Below are positions 1 through 8,287 of a stretch of 11,648 nucleotides of DNA, piece by piece (within the stretch, counting starts at the first letter, position 1; every line of letters starts with the position of its first letter). Origin of the DNA: an uncultured archaeon. GTDB lineage: Archaea > Asgardarchaeota > Lokiarchaeia > Sigyniarchaeales > SOKP01. Location: NCBI GenBank assembly GCA_964525635.1, contig CAZGJX010000119.1, forward strand, positions 1 to 11,648, written 5' to 3'. The notes below the pieces were generated by a model. It worked only from the letters and a program-made list of their open reading frames with translations, did no database searches and was not told the origin of the DNA. Position numbers and translations under genes: made by a program.

Positions 1-53
1 TAATAATTAAATATATAACATATATAGTTAAAAACTTTAAAACAAAATTTTAC

Positions 54-61
54 TTTATATA
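54..61 (+). promoter_or_regulatory. Putative archaeal TATA box (TTTATATA) for the ICMT-family gene
   Basis: TTTATATA ends 31 nt upstream of the ATG at 93, which fits an archaeal promoter with a very short leader. The AT-rich background lowers specificity. Confidence 0.4.
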
Positions 62-62
62 T

Positions 63-77
63 AATAACTAAGTTATT
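63..77. repeat. Perfect 7-1-7 inverted repeat AATAACT-A-AGTTATT, possible operator
   Basis: Read directly from the sequence. It lies between the putative TATA box and the start codon. Confidence 0.35.
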
Positions 78-92
78 TGTAATTGATAGTGT

Positions 93-770
93 ATGAGCGA
101 AAATAAAGGTAAAATAATATTAGAGAAAATGATATTTTTCTTAATCTTTTTCATTTACTATAATATTTGTTTTTTAGTATTTGTTATAGAGATGTATACA
201 ATTCTTATTTATCAAATTTATCTCATACTGTATTTCATTCTTTTATTTCTTGATACAATGCTAAGACCAATGACCGAGAAAAAAGAGAAAAATGATAAAT
301 TTTCATTAATAATTTTAATTTTATTTGTTCTGTCTCCCATTATATTGATATTAAGTTATTTTGAGAATAAAATATTTATCTCTGTATATGTTCCAATTTG
401 GAATAGTATATTTATATCTTTATTTGGAATTATTATTTATATTATAGCAGGAATTGTTTTAATAGGGAGCAGAATTCAACTTGGTCGATTCGCTACCGGA
501 TTATTAGTAATAGAAGATAATCATAAATTAATCAATACTGGAATTTATAAATTTATTCGTCACCCAATATATCTAGGAACTTTATTGGGAGTTTTAGGAT
601 TTGGATTAATATATTGTGCTATAATTCTTACTACTTTATGTCTAATCACGTATTTTTTAGTATTTAGACAACGGATGATTTATGAAGAAAAGATATTAGA
701 AAATGAATTTGGAGAAGAATACATTAAATATAAAAGCCAAACAAAAAGATTGATTCCATTTCTCTATTAA
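93..770 (+). CDS. Isoprenylcysteine carboxyl methyltransferase (ICMT/Ste14/PEMT-like) family membrane methyltransferase
   Basis: Multiple hydrophobic TM segments and the family signatures HKLINTGIYKFIRHPIYLG and EEKILENEFGEEYIKYKSQTKRLIPFLY. The substrate cannot be assigned, and the true start could be a later Met. Confidence 0.88.
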   Translation: MSENKGKIILEKMIFFLIFFIYYNICFLVFVIEMYTILIYQIYLILYFILLFLDTMLRPMTEKKEKNDKFSLIILILFVLSPIILILSYFENKIFISVYVPIWNSIFISLFGIIIYIIAGIVLIGSRIQLGRFATGLLVIEDNHKLINTGIYKFIRHPIYLGTLLGVLGFGLIYCAIILTTLCLITYFLVFRQRMIYEEKILENEFGEEYIKYKSQTKRLIPFLY

Positions 771-791
771 GAATTTATAATATTAATTTAT

Positions 792-1098
792 TTGGAAATT
801 CTTAATTATAATTTAATAATTATGGATAAAAAGATAATTGGAAGCTTTTGGCTTCATAAAATTAATTTTGAACACTTTGAATTAGAAGACTTTGTAATAC
901 ATCCTGATTATTAGAATTTGGGATATGGAAAGGAAAGTTTGGTATTAATGGAAAAAAAAAAATCCTGAAATTAAGATATGGTCTTTGGGGACAACTAAAT
1001 ATAGCACAAAATGCAAGTACCTATATGAAAAAATGGGTTATAATCGTATTGGAAAATCAGATGATGATTTTCTTATTCTGTATGAGAAAAGTAAGTAA
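792..1098 (+). pseudogene. Disrupted GNAT-family N-acetyltransferase (N-terminally truncated, internal stop, frameshift)
   Basis: Manual translation gives ...YNLIIMDKKIIGSFWLHKINFEHFELEDFVIHPDY*NLGYGKESLVLMEKK, with TAG at 912-914 where motif A Q/RxxGxG needs Gln. After one extra A in the A11 run (952-962) it continues NPEIKIWSLGTTKYSTKCKYLYEKMGYNRIGKSDDDFLILYEKSK* (TAA 1096-1098), a typical GNAT C-terminal LYEKxGY motif. Confidence 0.8.
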
Positions 1099-1254
1099 GA
1101 ATTTTATATATTAATAATAAATCAACTGAAAGAAGGGAATGATTTGGTGACATTATACTTTTCGGACATTCTCACTCAAAACGCAATTTAATATTTTGCT
1201 ATAGAAATTGAAAAAGTTTTACCAAATTCCGTTATTAATAAGAAATAGATTCTA

Positions 1255-4200
1255 TTAATATTTAATTTGACATGAGTCACTATCACAAAATTGTTCCCCT
1301 ATTGCTCTATCAGAAGTTTCATCCAAATCAAGGGGTTGTATTTTAGATATCATTTCTTCATATTTTTCTTTAGTTATTTCTTCATAGGGTGCCTGTTCAT
1401 AACCATGTTCCTTAATCGGTAAAAAACTTACACTCTTTAATTTATCTTCATAACATTCAAGAACTCGTTTAACTTCAGTTGCTTCTTCTGGTTTAAAAGT
1501 AATTGTAATAGAAACTTGATTATCTGACCAATATTTTTGATAATCCGCTGCATTTTCTGCTTGTTCCCAAATGGAAACATCCTTCTTTGAACGATCAAAA
1601 TTTTTCTCATGAACAGGAAATTCGATAACATAAGAATTATGAGAATATTTATCATCCTCAATTGTATATCCTGCTTTTCTTATTGGAGTAATTAAATCGG
1701 AATTCTTAGATATTCTGATTCTCCTAATATAATATTTTGAATGAGGATAATGAATTCCTGGAGGAACTCCTGGCAACAAACTAACAGTATTATGTGATAT
1801 TACTCCATTAGCAATATATTCATTTCCATCTGGAACAGAAATATCATATGTATAATTTTCACTCTCTTTAATATTATCTACATAATCTATCCAATATTTT
1901 TTTCGTTCAAATTCAATATATCTATTCTTTAGATCTTTTGAAACATATCTTAATTTTTTTAAATCCATTAACCTAGACTGTATTATCCATCTATCTTTAA
2001 TACCAAATGCTTCAGTATTAGGAGAAAAAGGTTTTATTTTAACATTTAGTCCAACGGATCTACATAGTATTAATAATTCCCTTGCAAATTTTTCACTAAC
2101 AGTACATATAGTCCATGTTGAGAGGTGATGTATTCCACCATCTGCTCTCCACAGACCATTGATAAATGATAATATAGATTTTCTACTTGATTTTCTAATT
2201 ACTAAAGGAATTTCTAATTCATGACAATAATCTTTTAATATACCATTTTCCTCTAAATATTTTAAAAGATAAGTAGAGTTTAAATATATACTATGATCAT
2301 CATCAACTAATGTATCTATATTAAATAATTCTTTTGCTAATTTTGAGACAGATTGTACTAGAGTAGGATGTTTTCGATTAAATGAAATCCTTATTCCTTT
2401 CTTATGTACCGATCCATCTCCATAAAGTAATCCTATAAACCAAGCTAATTTAGGGGACATTTTAGTTGGTTGATTTATTTCAGACACATTTATATATGGT
2501 TTATCAACTTGAATAAGATTAGGTTCATCAATTTTATGATAATCATCTAAAATACATACTAGTTTATCTCCTTTTTGAATAATATTAACATTTTTCCATA
2601 CAATCTCTTGGATATTAAAGTTATTTAGATCTCCCTCATAAATTTTATATCTATGATTTAAAGAAGATTCTAATATGTTCCCATCAATAGTTTTTATAAT
2701 CCTAGTTTTTACTTTACCATTAACATAAAATTTATTTATACATTTCTTGGATGTAGTTTTTATATTTTCTAAGTCTTGCCATTGTTCTCCATCTTCATTT
2801 CCTAATTCACCAAGTCTAAAAACTCCACTATTAGTATTAACAAGTGTATCCTTTACGGAACATCCACTAGGTTTTACTGTAGTTAATTTAATGGATTTAG
2901 GAATACAAAGCCAATCAGAATATTGTTCATCCAATTGATTTAAATATTTGTAACCCTTATCACACCAATTCAACATATTGCGTCTTCCATGTTTTACAAA
3001 TGCTTCAACTATTCCTGTTTGGGAAATACCCATTCGCCTATTCTTTAACATTACAGCATTAGTTTCTTTCCAATGAGTATTAACTAAAGTAACAGATTTT
3101 GCATAGAGATAAGCATATTTCAATGTTTCTTCATACTCTTCATAAGAGTCATGTTTTGAAGGAAAAGTCTCTACAAGGCAGCAAAGTTCGAAGGATTCCA
3201 GTGTTTGTTCCCCGCAATTCGCTGTAAAAACCATTTCTAATTTTGGTCTTCCTGAATTTGTTTTTTTCTCACTAAGGACTATACCGTAATTATGAAATTC
3301 ATCAACAGTACCATTATATACATCTTCATATCCTATATACTCAACTGAAACAACTTTATGATTACTACATAATCCTTCGGATATTAGTTGAAAAGCCATT
3401 TCTTTACGATATGATTTCTTATGAAGTGAACGTACTGAAATCTTATTACTTAAATATCTTTTTGTAATTATATCAAGAATATATTGATATCCTTTGTAAA
3501 TACCTGCAGTTCTGAAATCATTGATGTTATTCTCATTTAGATATAATAAAAATTCTGATAAGGTAGGTACTTCATTATTATCCCATACATATTCTTCAAA
3601 TAGTTCAAAAAGTCTTTTCTTTGCGATTTCTCTTTGAGTTTTTCCTTTTTCCTTCATCGCAACTCCTGCTTTTAAAGCAGAAACTTTATTTGAACAATTT
3701 TTAGAACAGTAAGATCTTTCTCTTTCTCTATATTTTACTTGGAATTCAGTATTACATAACTCACAATGTTTCACAAGCCAAATACCTTCATTAAAAATCA
3801 CTTCGAAATCACTTGTTTCTAATAGCTTAATGTATCTTTTATACTCTCTCATCAAAGCAGGATTTTCAAAATGTTCAAAACCAGAATCAATGTTAGCTTT
3901 CTTGATTAGATTTACTAATTTCCCTCTAAATTCATTAAAATTATGAATATAACTATAATTTCTTGAATATTCAACCCAAACTGGAGTTGTTAAAGGAATT
4001 CCAGTTTTTCTAATTATTGAGAGCATTTCTTCATACAGTTGTTGATTTGTAAAGCCAGAATAACGAGGATTACTTTCCTTTGCAGTTGCTTTTGACATTC
4101 TTCTAAGATATCTTTGCTTCTCCTCTATACTCGCATGAGGATACCAATATCTCATAGGATTATTATCTCCAGAAATATCATGAAGAGAATCATGTTCATC

Positions 4201-6057
4201 TTTTAATAAAAGTTCTAAGTTAGAGAGATTATTATTTAGACTATTCCGATCTTTGTGATGAATTATATATCCTGGTTTAATTTTAGTTTTATTCAATTTT
4301 TCATAAAATAATATATGTTCAAATATGTTCTTTTTACCATTATTTACTAACCAATATACCGTTTTCTTCTTTTTGATTTCACCCATAATCTCTGACCAAG
4401 TAGTTTGCCATTTGGGAGTAATTAATAGACTATTTTTAGGTTTTAAGTTACTAACAGATTTTTGAGATCCATCTTTCATAAGAAATTTATGATTTTCAGT
4501 GCATCTAATATTACTACCATCATCAAGTTTTACTTCATATATTTTTTTATTATAACCTGTAATTCGGGGATTTCTCATCATCCTAATTGTTGTAATCCCA
4601 TCATTATTCTTACAATAGACAGGAATATCATTTCCTTCTTCTGCCAATTGTCTTATAGAAACACCATTCCTCCCATCAGCGACAGCTATTAATGTATCCC
4701 CAGTAATACAAGGATTAACCCCAGCTGCTTTCTTATCCTTATAGTCTGGTTTTTGATTCATCCGTGAAAAAGCTTTTGCATTATCAAGCCAAAAAATACC
4801 TGGTTCTCCATTAACTTTTATTTGATCTGATATAAAAGAATAATCCATTCCTTTTTTAGCGAAGATACTATTATTACTTGCCCATCGATGAGAATAAAGT
4901 TTTTCTTTATCTTGTTTACATAATACAAAATCAAAATCAGTTGGATCTCCTAAGGCAATTTCAGCGCTTCTCCTTACATTACCAGCTACTACACATTTTC
5001 CAATATGATTCATAATATCTACAATATCTACGGAAGCTATTGGTTGGTTAATTCTATTTTCTAGGATTTTTTGAATATCATCTAACATGTCTTTTAATGG
5101 CTCAGGTCCAGAGGCAATACCACCAAAACCCCTAATTGGTGCTCCGGCAGGTCGAATTTCCGAGAAATCATAAATTGGTACTTCTTTTCCCAGAAAATAA
5201 GCTTCTAACATCAGTCTAAGTGCTTCTACCCAACCTTCTCTACTATCGGAAAGAATAAAATTAAAATGTTCTTCTTGTGGTTTTTTAATTTTTATTTTTC
5301 CAGCACCTTTAGTATCAAATCCAACTCCTACACCTAACATTAAAGCATCCATAACAAATTCGAATGCTTTTGAATATTTTAGATTAATATCTTCAGTCGA
5401 AGCGAATCCACAATTATTGAGGGCCATTGAGCCATGTCTTGCTATGAATTCTGTTCCCATCATCCATAATCCCCGTCCAGGAGGACTCATTTTAAACTCC
5501 CATATTTTTTCGAACATTCGTTGCGCTGATTTTTGCGCTTTATCGTTAATCCAAGGTAAACTTAACTTAAGACAATGTTCCTTTTGAATAGAATAGCATC
5601 CTTCAACAACTCTCCTAATTGTTTCCCAAAATTCTTCTTTTCTTTTTTCCCCTTCGATAATTCGCGCATAAGTTCGTTTATATGTAATATATCCCAATGG
5701 ACCCCATTCAGGTTGTTTATGTTTAAACTTTTCAATGAATTCATCATCTAATTTAAAACTAATACTTTCTAAATTAATAGCTCTAGCAAAAAGATTTCGA
5801 TATTTATTCATACCCCTTTGAGTAAGCTCAACACATGCTAGTTCTCTTAGATGATTTGTAGTTATCTCATCTACTCCTAAACCAATAATTATTCTTAATA
5901 TATCTTCGGCTATATCTTCAGCTATATGCATATCTAATCCAGTTTCTTTATTTAAAACTGAAGCTATTTTACTCTCATCAAAAGGTTTTTTTTCTCCTTT
6001 ACTGTTTATTATATATTTTGGATAAAGATCAGATAATGAAAATGAATTATTAGGCAA
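1255..6057 (-). CDS. nrdJ: Class II adenosylcobalamin-dependent ribonucleotide reductase (monomeric RTPR type) with N-terminal ATP-cone and two inteins; 1600-aa precursor, 744 aa after splicing
   Basis: Motifs YKRTYAR, PPGRGLW, ALNNC (Cys216), GVGVGFD, DSREGW, IRPAGAPIRGFGGIASGP, VVAGNVRRSAE and NGEPG. Spliced NP|CGEQ gives the radical Cys948, with Cys959 11 residues later. Spliced TTVKPSG|TVSLL. C-terminal redox pair FCDSDSC (Cys1591/Cys1596). TTG start with GAGGAG 5 nt upstream; tandem TAA TAG stop. Confidence 0.95.
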   Translation of the reverse strand: MPNNSFSLSDLYPKYIINSKGEKKPFDESKIASVLNKETGLDMHIAEDIAEDILRIIIGLGVDEITTNHLRELACVELTQRGMNKYRNLFARAINLESISFKLDDEFIEKFKHKQPEWGPLGYITYKRTYARIIEGEKRKEEFWETIRRVVEGCYSIQKEHCLKLSLPWINDKAQKSAQRMFEKIWEFKMSPPGRGLWMMGTEFIARHGSMALNNCGFASTEDINLKYSKAFEFVMDALMLGVGVGFDTKGAGKIKIKKPQEEHFNFILSDSREGWVEALRLMLEAYFLGKEVPIYDFSEIRPAGAPIRGFGGIASGPEPLKDMLDDIQKILENRINQPIASVDIVDIMNHIGKCVVAGNVRRSAEIALGDPTDFDFVLCKQDKEKLYSHRWASNNSIFAKKGMDYSFISDQIKVNGEPGIFWLDNAKAFSRMNQKPDYKDKKAAGVNPCITGDTLIAVADGRNGVSIRQLAEEGNDIPVYCKNNDGITTIRMMRNPRITGYNKKIYEVKLDDGSNIRCTENHKFLMKDGSQKSVSNLKPKNSLLITPKWQTTWSEIMGEIKKKKTVYWLVNNGKKNIFEHILFYEKLNKTKIKPGYIIHHKDRNSLNNNLSNLELLLKDEHDSLHDISGDNNPMRYWYPHASIEEKQRYLRRMSKATAKESNPRYSGFTNQQLYEEMLSIIRKTGIPLTTPVWVEYSRNYSYIHNFNEFRGKLVNLIKKANIDSGFEHFENPALMREYKRYIKLLETSDFEVIFNEGIWLVKHCELCNTEFQVKYRERERSYCSKNCSNKVSALKAGVAMKEKGKTQREIAKKRLFELFEEYVWDNNEVPTLSEFLLYLNENNINDFRTAGIYKGYQYILDIITKRYLSNKISVRSLHKKSYRKEMAFQLISEGLCSNHKVVSVEYIGYEDVYNGTVDEFHNYGIVLSEKKTNSGRPKLEMVFTANCGEQTLESFELCCLVETFPSKHDSYEEYEETLKYAYLYAKSVTLVNTHWKETNAVMLKNRRMGISQTGIVEAFVKHGRRNMLNWCDKGYKYLNQLDEQYSDWLCIPKSIKLTTVKPSGCSVKDTLVNTNSGVFRLGELGNEDGEQWQDLENIKTTSKKCINKFYVNGKVKTRIIKTIDGNILESSLNHRYKIYEGDLNNFNIQEIVWKNVNIIQKGDKLVCILDDYHKIDEPNLIQVDKPYINVSEINQPTKMSPKLAWFIGLLYGDGSVHKKGIRISFNRKHPTLVQSVSKLAKELFNIDTLVDDDHSIYLNSTYLLKYLEENGILKDYCHELEIPLVIRKSSRKSILSFINGLWRADGGIHHLSTWTICTVSEKFARELLILCRSVGLNVKIKPFSPNTEAFGIKDRWIIQSRLMDLKKLRYVSKDLKNRYIEFERKKYWIDYVDNIKESENYTYDISVPDGNEYIANGVISHNTVSLLPGVPPGIHYPHSKYYIRRIRISKNSDLITPIRKAGYTIEDDKYSHNSYVIEFPVHEKNFDRSKKDVSIWEQAENAADYQKYWSDNQVSITITFKPEEATEVKRVLECYEDKLKSVSFLPIKEHGYEQAPYEEITKEKYEEMISKIQPLDLDETSDRAIGEQFCDSDSCQIKY
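1789..2862 (-). mobile_element. Intein 2 (aa 1066-1423, 358 aa) with LAGLIDADG homing endonuclease
   Basis: Starts CSVKDTLV after KPSG; block B ESSLNHRY; LAGLIDADG motifs LAWFIGLLYGDG and FINGLWRADG; block F TYDISV; ends VISHN followed by Thr+1. Removal restores the conserved KPSGTVSLL. Confidence 0.93.
3217..4710 (-). mobile_element. Intein 1 (aa 450-947, 498 aa) with HNH endonuclease and Cys4 zinc-finger-like region
   Basis: Starts CITGDTLIAVADG after GVNP; block B IRCTENHKFL; HNH motif EHILFYE...IIHHKDRNSLNNNLSNLEL; CELC...YCSKNC; block F VYNGTVDEFHNY; ends FTAN followed by Cys+1. Removal restores the active-site NPCGEQ. Confidence 0.92.
5788..6015 (-). other. ATP-cone allosteric domain of the RNR (approx. 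aa 15-90)
   Basis: YIINSKGEKKPFDESKIASVLNKETGLD...IAEDI...ITTNHLRELACVELTQRG follows the ATP-cone pattern (beta hairpin, FDxxKI, I(T/S)TxxIxE). Confidence 0.75.
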
Positions 6058-6062
6058 TTTAT

Positions 6063-6070
6063 CTCCTCAC
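6063..6070 (-). promoter_or_regulatory. Shine-Dalgarno site of nrdJ (GTGAGGAG)
   Basis: The minus strand reads GTGAGGAG-ATAAA-TTG, which supports the TTG start at 6057. Confidence 0.65.
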
Positions 6071-6486
6071 GAAATTAGTTAATTCTAAATTAAATTAAAT
6101 TATTTTTAATTTTATGACTGTACGTTATAGATCATCTTTTTTTTACATTTAATTATTATTATTTCTTCCTTAATATTACTTTTTATATAATTCCCATAAA
6201 GTTATTATTAAATTTCTTTAATTCCGACAAATTATTCTATTTTTTTAATTAATTGATTTGTAATTATACAATTTTACTTTTGTTAATAATTATATATAAG
6301 ATATGTTCATATGTATATAAAGAAAAAGTGTGTGTAAGTTCGGTAAAAAATAATCTTTTTAGCATCAAGAAATTTTTATAGATTATAAGATTAAAAAAAA
6401 AAATAGATTGAAATATATTATTTTTGTGTTTAAAGATTTAAAACCATCAGATCTAAAAAATTAATATTTAGATGAAGTGAAATAAT

Positions 6487-7380
6487 TTGACTATTGTAGG
6501 GGAAAATAATGATATAAAAAATAATCAAAATAATATACCTAAAGAAGAACAAAAACTGCAAGTATTTTGGTTTATATTTTCTCTTATGTCAGTTTATTTT
6601 ATCTCTTGGTTCATTCCGGGAATAGTATTCTTCACATATATTTATTATTTCTTCTATCCTTATGTATTAATTAATACTGATTTTATTGCATTATTTACTG
6701 AATTATTGCCATTTCTATCATTAATCCTTTTCCCATTGGTTATTATAGTTTGTTATATTTTACACTTATATTTTGCCGCATTAATTGTACGGTTTTGGTG
6801 GAATTTGACTCAAAAAATTTCTCCTTCTAAAGATGGGAATATTCCAAGGAATATTCGAAGTAAAGCTTCTAAATTTTATCATGTGAGATCTTTTTTAACA
6901 AAATATCCAAAAAATGCTATAACAAAAGGTTTATTCCCATGGTTATATAAACGGTTATTTAATTTTATAGGATCTGTCAAGATTGGAAATGGCACTACAA
7001 TAGAAGAACAAGTTGTAGCAGATAGAGCTGTGGATATAGGGAAAAATTGTTATATAGGCCCAAATTCCTCAGTAACAAGCCATTTAGTTGAGGGTATATT
7101 TGGAAATATCTGTTTTTTTGAGACAAAATTGGGAGATAATGTTACATTATCAGCAGATACTCATATTGGCCCCGGTACTAAATTAGAAGATGACTCTTAT
7201 GTGTTTCCATGGGGAGTTACTCAAAAATATACGAGAAATAAAGGTAATAATTATTATTTTGGGATGCCTATTCGTAAAATTTTTTCAAGAAAAATAAAAA
7301 ACTTTCTACAAGTAACTGATGAAGATTTGAAAAAAGCAAAAGAATTAGCTGATAAAAAAAAAAAGTTGAGTAAAAAATGA
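6487..7380 (+). CDS. Membrane-anchored left-handed beta-helix (hexapeptide-repeat) acyltransferase-like protein, subunit 1; retains putative catalytic His199
   Basis: Two long hydrophobic segments, then hexapeptide repeats VKIGNGTTI, VDIGKNCYIGPNSSVTSHL and TKLGDNVTLSADTHIGPGTKLEDDSYV, and the terminal YFGMPIR (GxPAR-like) motif. TTG start preceded by GAAGTGA. Confidence 0.8.
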   Translation: MTIVGENNDIKNNQNNIPKEEQKLQVFWFIFSLMSVYFISWFIPGIVFFTYIYYFFYPYVLINTDFIALFTELLPFLSLILFPLVIIVCYILHLYFAALIVRFWWNLTQKISPSKDGNIPRNIRSKASKFYHVRSFLTKYPKNAITKGLFPWLYKRLFNFIGSVKIGNGTTIEEQVVADRAVDIGKNCYIGPNSSVTSHLVEGIFGNICFFETKLGDNVTLSADTHIGPGTKLEDDSYVFPWGVTQKYTRNKGNNYYFGMPIRKIFSRKIKNFLQVTDEDLKKAKELADKKKKLSKK

Positions 7381-8267
7381 GTGAAAAAGAAATTGACGAG
7401 TTTGAACAAGAAGAAAAATATGATGAGGATGATTACACAATTGATTTTATTACTAGTAGTGCAATAAGTCGAATAAATTTAAAATTTTTAATTGTCTATA
7501 TTCCAATACTTTGGTTAAGTGGAATAATAACTCTTGTATATTGGTGGACATATCAACCACCAGAATTTATATTTGTTCATGTTGCTATCTTATTTCTATA
7601 TGTCCCTTTGCATATTATTGCAATGTTAATAATATTTACGTTAGCTTGTGTAATGTTCAGTAAATTAATCTTAGTTATCATTAATTTGATTCATAAACCA
7701 AAACAGGGAATTTTTTATGCTGAAAAGGGAGATCATGATTTTGAATTTTGGTGTTTGAGAATTGAAATAAAAAAATTAGTGATATGGTTAATGAATAATT
7801 GGCCTGTTCCATTTGCAGATATTTTTGCTTTTAGATGGTTTGGTATAGATATAGATTTTTCAAGCCATCTCCATGATTCGTGGTGTGATATTGAATTTAT
7901 AAAATTCGGTCGGCGTGTGATGGTAGGGCAGGGTGCAATTGTAATGAGCTCCATGGTTATTGGGAAATATTTAATAATAAAGGAAGTAGTATTAGATGAT
8001 TATGCTATAGTTGGAGGTCAATCTACTGTTGCGCCAGGAACATTTTTTGGAAAAGAATCAATGACAGGAGCATTTGTATTAACGGCATTTAATCAACTTC
8101 TAGATCCAGGATGGATTTACGTTGGTATTCCAGCAAGAAAATTTAAACATAATATAGATACTATAGAAAAGAGAGATAAAATAGTTAAAAAAGACATAGA
8201 TGCAGAACAAAGAATTGAAGTAGATCATGAAATTAATATAGATGAAGATAAAAAAAATTTAATTTAA
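7377..8267 (+). CDS. Membrane-anchored left-handed beta-helix acyltransferase-like protein, subunit 2
   Basis: ATGA overlap with the previous gene; two TM segments; IHKPKQGIF; repeats IKFGRRVMVGQGAIV and VVLDDYAIVGGQSTVAPGT; terminal GWIYVGIPARK. Confidence 0.82.
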   Translation: MSEKEIDEFEQEEKYDEDDYTIDFITSSAISRINLKFLIVYIPILWLSGIITLVYWWTYQPPEFIFVHVAILFLYVPLHIIAMLIIFTLACVMFSKLILVIINLIHKPKQGIFYAEKGDHDFEFWCLRIEIKKLVIWLMNNWPVPFADIFAFRWFGIDIDFSSHLHDSWCDIEFIKFGRRVMVGQGAIVMSSMVIGKYLIIKEVVLDDYAIVGGQSTVAPGTFFGKESMTGAFVLTAFNQLLDPGWIYVGIPARKFKHNIDTIEKRDKIVKKDIDAEQRIEVDHEINIDEDKKNLI

Positions 8268-8287
8268 TTTTTAAAAAGGTGTTTCAA

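Noticed and set aside
1437-1661. 74-aa minus-strand ORF, and likewise 2747-2938, 4462-4692 and 5562-5747
   Set aside because: Alternate-frame or antisense shadows inside nrdJ with no recognisable motifs.
6058-6486. Cobalamin riboswitch, NrdR box or structured ncRNA in the 429-nt divergent spacer
   Set aside because: Extremely AT-rich with no B12-box or stable stems. Short palindromes (TTGTA-ATTA-TACAA, ATATG-TT-CATAT) are expected by chance, and none fits the NrdR consensus convincingly.
7354-7373. In-frame A AAA AAG slippery heptamer in the A11 run near the end of subunit 1
   Set aside because: The -1 frame meets TAA at 7371-7373 before reaching gene 2, so no fusion results; it is simply a poly-Lys tail.
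7733-7954. 73-aa antisense ORF, and likewise 10506-10709 and 11076-11285
   Set aside because: Antisense shadows of well-supported genes (subunit 2, rtcB).
8279-8287. GTG start at 8279 from the ORF track
   Set aside because: It overlaps the AAGGTG SD-like site; ATG 8288 is better placed.
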